The translations under genes were made by a program, and so were the position numbers. A stretch of DNA of 64,000 nucleotides. Origin: Trebonia sp. (GTDB taxonomy: Bacteria; Actinomycetota; Actinomycetes; Streptosporangiales; Streptosporangiaceae). This document shows positions 29,709 to 40,157 of this stretch, piece by piece. The stretch covers positions 3,807 to 67,806 of the forward strand of contig JBEKEK010000019.1 in the NCBI GenBank assembly GCA_050013875.1, read 5' to 3'. The stretch's first letter is position 1. Every line of letters starts with the position of its first letter. The notes under the pieces were generated by a model. That model ran no database searches and had not been told where the DNA came from. It saw only the letters and a list, made by a program, of their open reading frames with translations.

Positions 29709-29725
29709 ATAGGAAAGTTTCCAGT
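29709..29725. promoter_or_regulatory. ROK operator candidate
   Basis: ataggaaagtttccagt with palindromic core ggaaa-g-tttcc, in the AT-rich divergent promoter between the ROK gene and the sugar-binding protein. Confidence 0.55.
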
Positions 29726-29795
29726 TAGTTTTTGTGCCAAGGGTCACTGAATCAAGTCTGACCGCAAGTTCACCCTCGCAGAAGGAGTGCCAGCA

Positions 29796-31196
29796 GTGGG
29801 ACTCAGGAAGAGATCGGCCGCGCTTGGCGCGGCCGCGGGCGTCACCGCGGCGGCGCTGGCCATCGCCGGCTGCAGCTCCAGCGGTTCCAGCAGCAGCACG
29901 GCTACCGGCGCGACCGGCAGCAGCACGTCGTCGAGTAGCAGCAGCACGTCGTCGGCCCCGTCGACACTCACCGTCTGGCGGATGGGCGCATCCGTCCCGG
30001 CCCAGGTCACCTGGATGAACGGCGTAGTCGCGAACTTCCACCAGGAGTTCCCGCAGTACGCCAAGACCCAAGTCAAGGTCGTGTGGGTGCCCTGGGGCAA
30101 CCGCACCCAGGACTGGAACAACGCACTGTCCAGCGGCAAGAACATCCCCGACGTCACCGAGCTTGGCAACACCGACACCCCCACCGAGGCGGCCAGCGGC
30201 ATCCTCGCTCCCCTCACCACCGACCTGAAGGCCTGGTCCGGCACCTCCGGGCTGGTCTCGGGCATGCTCGCCAACGACACCCAGGGCGGCACCACGTACG
30301 CGGTGCCGTGGTTCGGCGGCGTCCGCGCGGTGTGGTACCGCACCGACCAGTTCAAGGCCGCGGGCATCACCAGCACGCCGACCACGTGGGCCGAACTGCT
30401 GTCCGACGCGCAGAAGCTGATGAAGAAGTACCCGGGCACCTACGGCCTGGACGCCATCACCAACGACACGAACGCGTTCGCCAGCTTCATCTGGGGTGCC
30501 GGCGGCCAGATCGCCACCCAGTCCGGCGGCAAGTGGACCGCCGACCTGACCTCGGCGCAGTCGGAGGCGGCGATCAAGTACTACGTCTCGCTGTACGGCA
30601 CTTACCACCTGTCGCCCTCCAAATACATCGGCGAGACCGAACTCGGCACCGTCGGCGCGACCTCGGGCGGCCCGAACGAGGACTTCGGCCTCGGCAAGCT
30701 CGACATGTACATCGACGGTCCGTGGGCGGAGGCGTCGCTGCCGAAGAACTCGGTGGACACCAAGAACATCTCGTCCTTCCCGATCCCGAGCGAGAGCGGC
30801 CCGAACCCGGCCCCTGTCTTCTCGGGCGGCTCCGACCTCGCCGTCTTCAAGACCAGCCCGAACCCGCAGGCCGCCTGGGACCTCATCTCGGTCATGGACA
30901 ACACGACCAATTCCACCTCCTTCGCCAAGCTCGCGGGCTTCTTCCCGCCCTACAGCGCGGCGATCTCGAACGGCGTCTACCCGGGTGACGCGTTCATGGC
31001 CGGGTTCGCCAAGGCGGCCCTGAACGGGCAGACCGCCCCGCTCAACGCCAAGAACTGGCCGACCGCCGACAACGGCCAGCTCAACATCATCCCAACGATG
31101 CTCAAGTCGCTGATGAACGGCGCACCGTTCGCGTCGACGGTGGCCGCCGCCAACACTCAGCTGCAGAACGTCCTCAACAACGGCAGCGCGAGCTAG
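29796..31196 (+). CDS. Sugar ABC transporter substrate-binding lipoprotein (DasA-like, probably GlcNAc oligomers)
   Basis: Lipobox AIAGC, Ser/Thr linker, PDVTELGNT, YAVPWFGG, GGSDLAVF; flanked by nagA and a GH3 gene. Confidence 0.88.
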   Translation: MGLRKRSAALGAAAGVTAAALAIAGCSSSGSSSSTATGATGSSTSSSSSSTSSAPSTLTVWRMGASVPAQVTWMNGVVANFHQEFPQYAKTQVKVVWVPWGNRTQDWNNALSSGKNIPDVTELGNTDTPTEAASGILAPLTTDLKAWSGTSGLVSGMLANDTQGGTTYAVPWFGGVRAVWYRTDQFKAAGITSTPTTWAELLSDAQKLMKKYPGTYGLDAITNDTNAFASFIWGAGGQIATQSGGKWTADLTSAQSEAAIKYYVSLYGTYHLSPSKYIGETELGTVGATSGGPNEDFGLGKLDMYIDGPWAEASLPKNSVDTKNISSFPIPSESGPNPAPVFSGGSDLAVFKTSPNPQAAWDLISVMDNTTNSTSFAKLAGFFPPYSAAISNGVYPGDAFMAGFAKAALNGQTAPLNAKNWPTADNGQLNIIPTMLKSLMNGAPFASTVAAANTQLQNVLNNGSAS

Positions 31197-31208
31197 CCGT
31201 AATCTCCC

Positions 31209-32252
31209 ATGGTGACGTCCGAACACAGCCGGCCGGGGACCCCCTCCCCGGCCGGCGCCATGAGCCAGGAAAGCCAGCGCGGCGGTCGCGGCCGCTCGGC
31301 TAACCCTGGAATGTCCCCGAGGCAGCGCGCCGTTATCTGGGTCCGCCGGCGCGGGCTGGCCCCGTATCTGCTGCTGGTCCCGGCAACCCTGGTGATCGGC
31401 GGGCTTATCCTCTGGCCGGCCGTGCAGATCGGCCTGTTCTCCTTCCAGAACTACGGGCTGATGCAGATCATCGGCGCCCAGCCCGCCCAGTGGGTTGGCT
31501 TCGCCAACTACAGCGAGATCCTGCACGATCCGGAGTTCTGGCTGTCGCTGAAGATCAGCGTGCTGTTCGCGGTCGTGGTGGTCCCGTTGACCATGATCGC
31601 CGGCACCCTGGTGGGGCTGCTGCTGTCCCAGCTCGGACGCAAGATGCGGACGTTCGTGTCCACCGCGGCGATACTCGCCTGGGCGACGCCCGCGGTCTCC
31701 GCCAGCGTCATCTTCGCCTGGCTAGTCGACCCGGACGGCGGCGTCGTCGACTGGGCGCTGACCAAGCTGCCCGGCTGGCTTGACGGCGGGGCGAAATGGT
31801 CGGGCTACAGCTGGACGAACGAGGCGCTGCCCGCCTTCACGGTGCTGACCGTGATGCTGGTCTGGACGGGCTTCCCCTTCATCGCGGTCACCGTGCTGGC
31901 CGGACTGCGCATGATGCCGGCCGAACTGCACGAGGCGGCCCGGGTGGACGGAGCGGGGCCGTGGCGGGGGTTCTGGAAGGTGACCTTCCCGGTGCTGAAG
32001 CCGGTCTTCCTGGTCTTGCTGCTGCTGTCCACGATCTGGGACTTCGGCGTATTCACCCAGGCCTACATCATCACCGGCGACCTCGGGAACCGGGACGAGT
32101 ACAACCTGGGGCTTTATGAGTACTCGCGGGCGTTCACCCAGCCGCCCGCCTACGGCGTCGCCTCCGCGGTCGCGTTCATCCTCACGATCATCCTGCTCAT
32201 CGTCACGCTCGGCTATGTCCGCGCCTCGATCAAGCAAGGGGCCCTCCAATGA
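31209..32252 (+). CDS. Carbohydrate ABC transporter permease (MalF-like)
   Basis: VGFANY, EAA motif ELHEAARVDGA. Confidence 0.93.
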   Translation: MVTSEHSRPGTPSPAGAMSQESQRGGRGRSANPGMSPRQRAVIWVRRRGLAPYLLLVPATLVIGGLILWPAVQIGLFSFQNYGLMQIIGAQPAQWVGFANYSEILHDPEFWLSLKISVLFAVVVVPLTMIAGTLVGLLLSQLGRKMRTFVSTAAILAWATPAVSASVIFAWLVDPDGGVVDWALTKLPGWLDGGAKWSGYSWTNEALPAFTVLTVMLVWTGFPFIAVTVLAGLRMMPAELHEAARVDGAGPWRGFWKVTFPVLKPVFLVLLLLSTIWDFGVFTQAYIITGDLGNRDEYNLGLYEYSRAFTQPPAYGVASAVAFILTIILLIVTLGYVRASIKQGALQ

Positions 32253-33154
32253 CGACGACGGCACGGGTCGCGCCCGCGCGTCCTCCCGCATCCGGTCGCC
32301 GGGCGCGGCGGTTCTCCCGCGGCTCGCGCCGGGTATTGCTCAACCTCGCGGGACTGCTGGTCGCGCTGGTCACGCTGTTCCCGGTGCTGTGGATGATATC
32401 CACGGCCTTCAAGCCGGCCAACGAGATCTACTCGCTCACGCCGCACCCGTTTCCGCTGCACCCGACGCTCGCCAACTTCCGCGCGGTCTTCAGCGGCAGC
32501 GTCATCGGGCGGCCGTACTGGAACTTCCTCAAGAACAGCCTGTTCGTCACGATCGTCGCGGTGGTGGCGTCCTCGCTGATCGCGCTGCTCGCCGCGATCG
32601 CCCTGGCGAGGTTCCGGTTCCGGTTCCGCATCGTGTACCTGGTCATGCTGCTGATCGTGCAATTGCTGCCGCAGCAGGCTCTCGTCATCGCGCTGTTCAT
32701 CGACTTCCGCTCGCTCAACTTGCTGGACAGCCTCGTCGGCCTGATCGCCGTCTATACCGCGTTCGCGGTGCCGGTCACGATCTGGATGCTGCGCAACTTC
32801 GTCGCCGCGGTGCCGAAGGAGCTTGAGGAGGCGGCCGCGATCGACGGCGCCGGGGCGTGGACCGTCTTCTGGCGCATCATGCTGCCGATGGTGGCCCCCG
32901 GACTGGTCTCGACCAGCGTGTTCGCGTTCATCTTCGCCTACAACGAGTTCATATTCGCGCTGACATTCCTCGGCACCGACACCGCCAAATTCACCCTGCC
33001 GCTGTACGTGCAGTACTTCTACGGCCAGAACTCCACCAACTGGGGCGCGATCATGGCATCCTCCACCCTCTTCACCATCCCCGTCCTCGCCTTCTTCCTG
33101 ATTGCCAACCGCCGCCTCGCGAGCGGCCTGATGGCGGGCGCGGTGAAGGGGTGA
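32249..33154 (+). CDS. Carbohydrate ABC transporter permease (MalG-like)
   Basis: PTLANF, NSL, PKELEEAAAIDGA, GLMAGAVKG. Confidence 0.93.
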   Translation: MTTTARVAPARPPASGRRARRFSRGSRRVLLNLAGLLVALVTLFPVLWMISTAFKPANEIYSLTPHPFPLHPTLANFRAVFSGSVIGRPYWNFLKNSLFVTIVAVVASSLIALLAAIALARFRFRFRIVYLVMLLIVQLLPQQALVIALFIDFRSLNLLDSLVGLIAVYTAFAVPVTIWMLRNFVAAVPKELEEAAAIDGAGAWTVFWRIMLPMVAPGLVSTSVFAFIFAYNEFIFALTFLGTDTAKFTLPLYVQYFYGQNSTNWGAIMASSTLFTIPVLAFFLIANRRLASGLMAGAVKG

Positions 33155-34776
33155 CGTCACTCGAGCCGCGCATCGACCCGGCGCTCGCCGCCCTCGCCGA
33201 TGCCATCCTCATCCCGCCCTTCTCCGGCACCACCCCGCCGCCCTGGATCCGCCGGGCGCTTGAGCAGGGGCTGGCCGGCGTCACGCTGTTCGGCCCCAAT
33301 GTCCTCGGCGACACCGCCGCCCTGACCGAGGCGCTCCGCGCAGCCGCGGCGGTCGAGCCGGTCATCGCCATCGACGAGGAGGGCGGTGACGTCACCCGGG
33401 TGGCGTACGCGGCGGGCAGCCCCTACCCCGGGAACGCCGCCCTCGGCGAGGCCGACGACGTGGCGCTGACCGCGGCGGTGTACGCCGCGATCGGGGGCGA
33501 TCTCGCCCGGCTCGGCATCAACACCAACCTCGCCCCGTGCGCCGACGTGCTCGCGCCGGGCGGCAGCTCGGTGGTCGGAACCCGGTCCTTCGGATCGGAC
33601 CCGGGCCTGGTGGCCCGGCATGTGACGGCGGCCGTGGCGGGCCTCCAGGGGGCCGGGGTGGCCGCCTGCGCCAAGCACTTCCCCGGGCACGGCCGCACCG
33701 CCGCCGACTCGCATCTGACGCTGGCCACCGTCCCCGGCCCGCTGGCCGAGCTGCGCGCCCGCGACCTGCCGCCGTTCACGGCGGCCATCGCGGCCGGGAC
33801 CTTGGCCGTTATGCCGGGGCACCTGCGGGTGCCCGAGCTGACCGGCGACCTCCCGGCGACGCTGTCCCCGGCCGCGGTCACCGGCCTGCTCCGCCGCGAA
33901 CTCGGTTTCCGCGGCGTTGTGATCTCCGACGCGCTGGAGATGCGGGCGGCCAGCGCGGTGCACGGGATTCCGGCGGCGGCGGTGCTCACTGTCATCGCCG
34001 GCGTCGACCTGGTCTGCCTGGGGCGCGACACCGACGAGGCGATGTACCACGCGGTCCGCACGGCGCTGGCGGAGGCGGTGGCGTCCGGCACCCTGGCCGG
34101 CGCCCGGCTGGAGGAGGCGGCCGACCGGGTGGCGGGGCTGCGGGCCTGGCTCGCCGACGCCCGCCAGGCGCAGGCCCGGCGGGGCGACGTGCTCCGCAGC
34201 CCCGCTGGTGGCGTGCCGGTCGGTGCCTCCGATGGCATTGGGCTGGTCGCTGCCCGGCGCGCGCTGCGCCGGTCCGGCCCGGTCCCGACCGCGCTCGCCA
34301 ACCCGCTCGTGGTCGAGGTCGAGCCGGCCGAGAACATCGCCGCCGGCCGGTTCACCTGGGGCTTCGCCGCGTGGGCGGACGTGCTCCGGGTTGACCCGAC
34401 CGGCGACGGCACGGCGGCTGCCGACGGTGCAGTGGCTGCCGACGGTGCAGCGGCCGGCGGCGGTGCGGCCGCGGGCAACGGGGCGGCGGCGGTCGACGAT
34501 GCCGGGACCGGTGCCACCGCGACGGCCGACGCCATCGCCGCGACGGCTGACGCCGTCGTCGCGGCGGCCGCGGGCCGGTCCCTGGTGCTTGCCGTCCGCG
34601 GTGCCCATGAGGCGATTGCACTGGTCAGCGAACTGCTCGCGGACCGCCCTGACACGATCGTGGTGGAGATGGGAATACCCGTCTGGACGCCGCCACCGGG
34701 CACGCCCTATCTGGCCACTTACGGCGCGTCGCGGGTCTGCGCCCAGGCCGCGGCCGAGGCACTCGGCCTGGCCTGA
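33151..34776 (+). CDS. GH3 beta-N-acetylglucosaminidase (NagZ/DasD-like)
   Basis: IDEEGGDVTR, APCADV, RSFG, KHFPGHGRTAADSH (NagZ motif), ISDALEM; GTG overlaps the permease stop. Confidence 0.9.
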   Translation: MTSLEPRIDPALAALADAILIPPFSGTTPPPWIRRALEQGLAGVTLFGPNVLGDTAALTEALRAAAAVEPVIAIDEEGGDVTRVAYAAGSPYPGNAALGEADDVALTAAVYAAIGGDLARLGINTNLAPCADVLAPGGSSVVGTRSFGSDPGLVARHVTAAVAGLQGAGVAACAKHFPGHGRTAADSHLTLATVPGPLAELRARDLPPFTAAIAAGTLAVMPGHLRVPELTGDLPATLSPAAVTGLLRRELGFRGVVISDALEMRAASAVHGIPAAAVLTVIAGVDLVCLGRDTDEAMYHAVRTALAEAVASGTLAGARLEEAADRVAGLRAWLADARQAQARRGDVLRSPAGGVPVGASDGIGLVAARRALRRSGPVPTALANPLVVEVEPAENIAAGRFTWGFAAWADVLRVDPTGDGTAAADGAVAADGAAAGGGAAAGNGAAAVDDAGTGATATADAIAATADAVVAAAAGRSLVLAVRGAHEAIALVSELLADRPDTIVVEMGIPVWTPPPGTPYLATYGASRVCAQAAAEALGLA

Positions 34777-34790
34777 AGACCAGGCGCGGG

Positions 34791-35291
34791 TTACGGCGCC
34801 GGGTAACGGCCGCGGAAGCGGGTCAGCGGGTCGCCCGCCTCGGCCACGTAGGCCACGCCGGCCACCGAGGAGATGACGAGCAGATGGTCGCCCGCCGGCA
34901 CGCGGCGGGCGACCGAGCACTCCAGGGCGGCCAGCCCGCCCAGCGGGATCAGCGCTCCGGAATCGGTTCCGCGCGTGTGCGGCACGGCGTCGAGGATGAG
35001 CCGCGCGCTCGGCCGCCCGGCGGCGGCGAACTGCCCGGCCAGCAGTTTCTGCGACGAGGCGAGCAACGTCAGCGCGAACCGCGCGGCGGGCAGCGACGGG
35101 CGGCTCAGCACCTCGGCCGGGTAGGAGTCCGCGATCAGCGCCACCGCGACCATGGGCGGGTCGAGGGAGAGCGGCATGAACGCGCTGACCGTCGTCCCGA
35201 TGTCATCGCGGTCGTCCGCGATCGTGAGCAGCGTGACCCCGGCGGCCCAGGCCGACAGCGCCGAGGGGAAATCGTTGCCAGCGGCAGGCAT
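34791..35291 (-). CDS. Flavin reductase-like protein
   Basis: GVTLLT, SAFMPLSLDPP, LEC, GDH, PLTRFRGRY; start uncertain (35291 or 35324). Confidence 0.85.
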   Translation of the reverse strand: MPAAGNDFPSALSAWAAGVTLLTIADDRDDIGTTVSAFMPLSLDPPMVAVALIADSYPAEVLSRPSLPAARFALTLLASSQKLLAGQFAAAGRPSARLILDAVPHTRGTDSGALIPLGGLAALECSVARRVPAGDHLLVISSVAGVAYVAEAGDPLTRFRGRYPAP

Positions 35292-35308
35292 CAACGGTCC
35301 GTTCAATA

Positions 35309-37066
35309 TCAGCTTATTTTCCATACCCCGGGCAGGGCGAGCGGGCCGTACGGCGGGAGACCGGCCGCGGCCGCGAACCGCCACGCGGGACCCCAGCCGT
35401 CGCTGAACAGCGCGGCGACCGCGCCCGCGCCAAGCGGCGCGGCGGCGGCGGGCCGGGACTCGCTCGACTCGGCGGGCCGCAGCTGGTCGAACGGGCCGAG
35501 CCGGGGGTAGACCCGGACCGGCGCGTCGGCGCGCAGCCCGGCGCGGCGGCGGGCGATCACGATCGCCTCGCGCATGCCGCCGGTCTCGTCGGCGAGGCCG
35601 ACGGCGACGGCGTCGGCGCCGGTCCAGACCCGGCCGCGGGCGAGCTCGTGCACCCGCCCGACGTCCATCCGCCGCCCCGCGGCCACCTTTTCCGTGAAAT
35701 CCGCGTAGACGGCGTCAAGCCAGGAGTTGATCCGCGACCAGTCCGCCTCGGAGAACGGCCGGGAGGCGGAGAACATCGTCGCGTTGTCGGCGCCGTCGGT
35801 CAGGGAGTCGGTGGACACCCCGGCCCGGCCGAAGAGTTCCCGCAGCACCGGCTTGCCTAGGATGACCCCGATAGAACCGGTGATCGTCGCGGGCTGGGTC
35901 ACGATCACGTCGGCCGGGGCGGAGATGAAGTACCCGCCGGACGCGGCCACGTCGCCCATCGACACCACGACCGGCTTGCCCGCCGCGCGAACCCGCACCA
36001 CCTCGCGCCAGATGACGTCGGACGCGGTGTACGAGCCACCGGGGCTGTTCACCCGCAGCACGACTGCGCGCGCACCCTCGTCCGCCGCTGCCGCGCGCAG
36101 CGCGGCCGCCACGGTGTCGGAGCCCATCCCGCCGCCGCCCGGGCCGCCCCGGCCGCTGCGCCCGCTCCTGATCGCTCCCTGCGCGTAGATCATCGCGACG
36201 AACCGCTCCGGCTGCCCTGGCGCCAGCTCCTGGACACCGCTGCGCAAGCGGCGCGGCAGGTCGCTGAGCGAATGGGTGCGCTGGTAGCGCTGCAGGTAGA
36301 GCAGCGTGGCGTCGGCGGTGGTCTCCTTGCGCACCTGGTCGTAGACCTCGTCGCGGTAGAGCAGACCGTCCACCAGGCCCTCGGACAGGGCCTGCGGCGC
36401 GAGGAACGGGCCGCGGCCGAGCAGCGCCGTCGCCTGCTCGGCGGTCAGTCCCCGGCCGGCCGCGATCGCCGCCGCGAGCTGCTCGGTCACGGACTCGGCC
36501 AGCCGCGCGGCGGCCTCCCTGGCGGGGCCGGTGAACCCGGTCTCGGTCAGCTGGTCGGCGGCCGACTTGTACTCGTAGCGCTTGGCTGACTGGAAGTCGA
36601 TGCCGAGCTTCTCCAGCGCGCCGTGCAGGAAGACCTGCTCAACGGCGACGCCGGTGAGGCCGAGGGTGCCCGAGGGCTGCAGGTAAATCCGGTCGAAACC
36701 GGTCGCAAGGAAGTAGGGCACATTGCCGCGGACGAAGTCGCCGAACGACTCCGCCCAGGCCACCGCGAGCTTTCCCGACTGCCGGAACTCGAGCACCGCG
36801 TCGCGCAGTTCCTGCAGTTTAGCCAGCCCGATCCGTGACCCGCCGACCTTGACCACCAGCGCGCGGACCCGGTCGTCGGACCCCGCCCGCTTCAGCCCGT
36901 CGAGCAGGTCGGGCAGGCGCGTGCGGCGTATCGTGAGGAGCGCGGCCACTGGATCTTGCGGGGGTCCGTCAGCGATGCCGTCCGTCAGGTCAAGCTCAAG
37001 GATGAGTGGCCCGGTCCTGCGCTGCCGCATCCGGACGATCTGCCCGGCAAGCTTCGCGTCTGCCAT
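35309..37066 (-). CDS. sppA: Signal peptide peptidase SppA (long form)
   Basis: YEYKSA (Lys), LRVNSPGGS, SMGDVAASGGY (Ser), ITGSIGV, GRVWTG. Confidence 0.92.
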   Translation of the reverse strand: MADAKLAGQIVRMRQRRTGPLILELDLTDGIADGPPQDPVAALLTIRRTRLPDLLDGLKRAGSDDRVRALVVKVGGSRIGLAKLQELRDAVLEFRQSGKLAVAWAESFGDFVRGNVPYFLATGFDRIYLQPSGTLGLTGVAVEQVFLHGALEKLGIDFQSAKRYEYKSAADQLTETGFTGPAREAAARLAESVTEQLAAAIAAGRGLTAEQATALLGRGPFLAPQALSEGLVDGLLYRDEVYDQVRKETTADATLLYLQRYQRTHSLSDLPRRLRSGVQELAPGQPERFVAMIYAQGAIRSGRSGRGGPGGGGMGSDTVAAALRAAAADEGARAVVLRVNSPGGSYTASDVIWREVVRVRAAGKPVVVSMGDVAASGGYFISAPADVIVTQPATITGSIGVILGKPVLRELFGRAGVSTDSLTDGADNATMFSASRPFSEADWSRINSWLDAVYADFTEKVAAGRRMDVGRVHELARGRVWTGADAVAVGLADETGGMREAIVIARRRAGLRADAPVRVYPRLGPFDQLRPAESSESRPAAAAPLGAGAVAALFSDGWGPAWRFAAAAGLPPYGPLALPGVWKIS

Positions 37067-37151
37067 GCCGATAGCTTACGCGGACGAGAAGATCATATTT
37101 AGCTATCCGAACGTAAGGGGGTGACCGCGAATCGCGAGCATCCCGACCACG

Positions 37152-37583
37152 GTGGTGGTCGATGTGGCCAACGTGATGGGCGCACGGGCCGACGGCTGGT
37201 GGCGGGACCGGGCGGGTGCCGCGCTCCGGCTGTGCCGGGAGGTCGACGCGCTGGCGCGCCGCGGCGACGAGGCGGCGACGCGCGACGTGGGCGAGTGGGT
37301 CCTTGTTCTCGAGGGGCAGGCGCGCGAAGCGCTGGCGGTTCTGCGGGCAGACGGGAGCGACGGGGGCGGTGGGAGCGGCGAGGGTGAGCCGCTGCTGCGC
37401 CTGGTGCCGGCGCCGGGGTCGGGCGACGACGCCATCGTCAACGTTGTCGCCGAGGTCGTCGCACGGGAGCAAACGTGCCTGGTGGTGACCGCGGACCGGG
37501 AGTTGCGGCGGCGCTGCGAGGAGCTGAACGCCTCGGTCGTCGGCCCGGGGTGGCTGCTCAGGCTCCTACAGCAGGTAACATAA
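37152..37583 (+). CDS. NYN/PIN-like domain protein (YacP-like)
   Basis: VVDVANVMG...WWRDR, VLEG, GSGDDAIV, VVTADRELR, GPGWL; the true start may be frameshifted (see findings). Confidence 0.72.
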   Translation: MVVDVANVMGARADGWWRDRAGAALRLCREVDALARRGDEAATRDVGEWVLVLEGQAREALAVLRADGSDGGGGSGEGEPLLRLVPAPGSGDDAIVNVVAEVVAREQTCLVVTADRELRRRCEELNASVVGPGWLLRLLQQVT

Positions 37584-37653
37584 AAAGAACAATCACCCCC
37601 ATCTCCGGATCGCACGATGTGGTCAACCTGCCCGACCTATCGACCGAAACCTG

Positions 37654-37986
37654 ATGCGCATGTACGTGATTTTGGTAGTCGCCGTCCTTCTCGTGGCCAT
37701 CCTTCTCGTGCTGGCCGACCGCGCCACCGAGGTTGTCCGCCGGGCCAGAAAACGTCGCGCCGCCGCCGAGCGGCTGGCCGCCGCGGCCGCGCGGGCCGAG
37801 GATAAGAACCGGGCCCGCACCGCCGCCGCCGAGGCGAGCGATGCGCTGACCACGGTCCTGCCCGCGATTCTGGTGGAAGACCACGAGCCCCGCCACGTGG
37901 CGTTAGCCGGCGGCGGGGCCGCAGCCCCGGTTCGTTACCGGAGCTGCTACGGGGGCACCGGAGCTGCTACGGGGGCTCGGGCGTGA
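37654..37986 (+). CDS. Small hypothetical membrane protein (N-terminal TM helix plus charged helix)
   Basis: [19 protein letters not shown] followed by an R/A/E-rich helix; the 3' extension overlapping glgB is doubtful. Confidence 0.55.
   Translation: MRMYVILVVAVLLVAILLVLADRATEVVRRARKRRAAAERLAAAAARAEDKNRARTAAAEASDALTTVLPAILVEDHEPRHVALAGGGAAAPVRYRSCYGGTGAATGARA
37937..37976. repeat. Perfect 20-bp tandem duplication spanning the glgB stop codon
   Basis: accggagctgctacgggggc x2. Confidence 0.9.
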
Positions 37987-40156
37987 GCCAGATCACCGAG
38001 AGCGGCGGCAGCACGATCGACGCCGACGCCGGCCGTCCGTGCCACGGCTTCGGTATGGCCTGCACGGCCCCCAAGTTGCCCATGCCGCTGCCGCCGTACC
38101 CGGTCGCGTCGGTGTTGAGCACCTCGCGCCAGCGGCCGGCCAGCGGCAGCCCGACCCGGTAGTTCTCGTGCGGCATGGCCGAGAAGTTGGCGATGCAGGC
38201 GAGCACAGGGACGCCGTGCTCCTGGTCGCCGAACCGCAGGAATGACAGCACGTTGCCATGCGCGTCGTTGGAGTCGATCCAGCCGAAGCCGGCCGGGACG
38301 TAGTCCTGGGTCCACAGGGCAGGCGACTCGCGGTAGCGCACGTTGAGGTCGCGGACCAGGCGCTGCACGCCGGAGTGGTAACCGAACTGGAGCACCCACC
38401 AGTCCAGGCCGTCCCGCTCGGACCACTCGCTGCCCTGGCCGAACTCGCTCCCCATGAACAGCAGCTGCTTGCCCGGATGGGCCCACATGTAGCCGAACAG
38501 CGCGCGCAGGCCGGCGAACTGCCGCCATTCGTCGCCGGGCATCTTCCGCAGCAGCGAGCCCTTGCCGTGCACCACCTCGTCGTGCGAGAGCGGCAGTATG
38601 TAATTCTCCGAGAACGCGTAGACCATGGAGAACGTCAGCTCGTTGTGGTGGTACTGCCGGTGGATCGGGTCGTGCCTCATGTAGTCGAGGGTGTCGTTCA
38701 TCCAGCCCATGTTCCACTTGAAGCCGAACCCGAGCCCGCCGAGGTGCACCGGGCGCGACACCCCCGGCCACGCGGTCGACTCCTCGGCGATCATCATGAT
38801 CCCCGGCACCCGCTTGTAGCAGGTGGCGTTGACCTCCTGCAGGAACGCGATCGCCTCGAGGTTCTCACGGCCGCCGTGGATGTTGGGTGCCCACTCGCCG
38901 TCTTTTCTGGAGTAGTCCAGGTAGAGCATCGACGCGACCGCGTCGACCCGGAGGCCGTCGATGTGGAATTCCTCGAACCAGTAGATGGCGTTGGCGACGA
39001 GGAAGTTCCTGACCTCCGAGCGGCCGTAGTTGAAGACGAGCGTGCCCCAGTCGGGCTGTGACCCGAGCCGGGGGTCGGAGTGCTCGTACAGGTGGGTGCC
39101 GTCGAACTCGGCCAGCGCCCACGAGTCGCGCGGGAAGTGCGCGGGCACCCAGTCGACGATCACGCCGATGCCCGCCTGGTGCAGCGTGTCGACCAGGAAC
39201 CGGAAATCGTCCGGGCTGCCGAACCGGGACGTCGGCGCGTAGTACGAGGTGACCTGGTATCCCCAGGAGCCGCCGAACGGGTGCTCGGCGATCGGCAGGA
39301 ACTCCACGTGCGTGAACCCGAGATCGGTCACGTAGGCGGCCAGTTCCACGGCGAGCTGCCGGTAGGAAAGGCCCGGTCGCCAGGAGCCGAGGTGCACCTC
39401 GTAGACGGACATCGGCGTGGTCTGCGGCTGCCGCTGCGCGCGCTCGGTCAGCCAGTCGGCGTCGGCCCACTCGTGGGCCGACCGGTAGACCACGGAGGCG
39501 GTCGCCGGCGGCATCTCGGCCGAGGTGGCCATCGGGTCTGCCTTGTCGCGCCACACCCCGTCGGGCCCGCAGATGGAGTACTTGTAGCGGGAGCCCGGCC
39601 CGACGTCGGGCACGAACAGCTCCCAGACCCCGGCGCCGCCGAGCGACCGCATCGGGTGCGCCCGCCCGTCCCAGAAGTTGAAGTCGCCGACGATCCTGAC
39701 ACCCCGCGCGTTCGGCGCCCAGACGGCGAACGCGGTGCCGGTCACCGCGTCGCCAGCCACCGTCGGCCGCGCGCCGAGCGCGTGCCACAGCTGCTCGTGC
39801 CTGCCCTCGCCGATCAGGTGCAGGTCGAACTCGCCGAGGGTGGGGAGGTGCCGGTAGGGGTCGTCCTGCAGCCGCGGCTCACCGGTCACGTACTGGACTT
39901 CAAGACGGTAATCAGTAACGGGCCCGGCTGATTCTGGGATGGTCACCTCGAACACGCCCTGGTGGCGGTGCGGCATCGGGTAGCGACTGCCGTCGGCGAG
40001 GACCGCGGTCACTTCGGCCGCCAGCGGGCGGAGCGCGCGGATGGTGATGCCCTCGGGGCCCGGGTGGACGCCGAGGACGGAGTGCGGGTCATGGTGTTGA
40101 CCTGCGACGATACGTTCGATCTCACCGAGGGAGACCGTTTCGTCCTTCGATAGCAC
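37967..40156 (-). CDS. glgB: 1,4-alpha-glucan branching enzyme
   Basis: [53 protein letters not shown]; start placed at GTG 40156. Confidence 0.97.
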   Translation of the reverse strand: MLSKDETVSLGEIERIVAGQHHDPHSVLGVHPGPEGITIRALRPLAAEVTAVLADGSRYPMPHRHQGVFEVTIPESAGPVTDYRLEVQYVTGEPRLQDDPYRHLPTLGEFDLHLIGEGRHEQLWHALGARPTVAGDAVTGTAFAVWAPNARGVRIVGDFNFWDGRAHPMRSLGGAGVWELFVPDVGPGSRYKYSICGPDGVWRDKADPMATSAEMPPATASVVYRSAHEWADADWLTERAQRQPQTTPMSVYEVHLGSWRPGLSYRQLAVELAAYVTDLGFTHVEFLPIAEHPFGGSWGYQVTSYYAPTSRFGSPDDFRFLVDTLHQAGIGVIVDWVPAHFPRDSWALAEFDGTHLYEHSDPRLGSQPDWGTLVFNYGRSEVRNFLVANAIYWFEEFHIDGLRVDAVASMLYLDYSRKDGEWAPNIHGGRENLEAIAFLQEVNATCYKRVPGIMMIAEESTAWPGVSRPVHLGGLGFGFKWNMGWMNDTLDYMRHDPIHRQYHHNELTFSMVYAFSENYILPLSHDEVVHGKGSLLRKMPGDEWRQFAGLRALFGYMWAHPGKQLLFMGSEFGQGSEWSERDGLDWWVLQFGYHSGVQRLVRDLNVRYRESPALWTQDYVPAGFGWIDSNDAHGNVLSFLRFGDQEHGVPVLACIANFSAMPHENYRVGLPLAGRWREVLNTDATGYGGSGMGNLGAVQAIPKPWHGRPASASIVLPPLSVIWLTPEPP

Positions 40157-40157
40157 G

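Noticed and set aside
32857-33150. N-terminal extension of the GH3 ORF
   Set aside because: It overlaps the permease in another frame; the coupled GTG at 33151 is the better start.
37900-37986. C-terminal tail of the small membrane protein as real coding sequence
   Set aside because: It runs through the 20-bp duplication into glgB, and a TAG lies one base out of frame after RHVA, so the tail may be read-through. This cannot be confirmed here.
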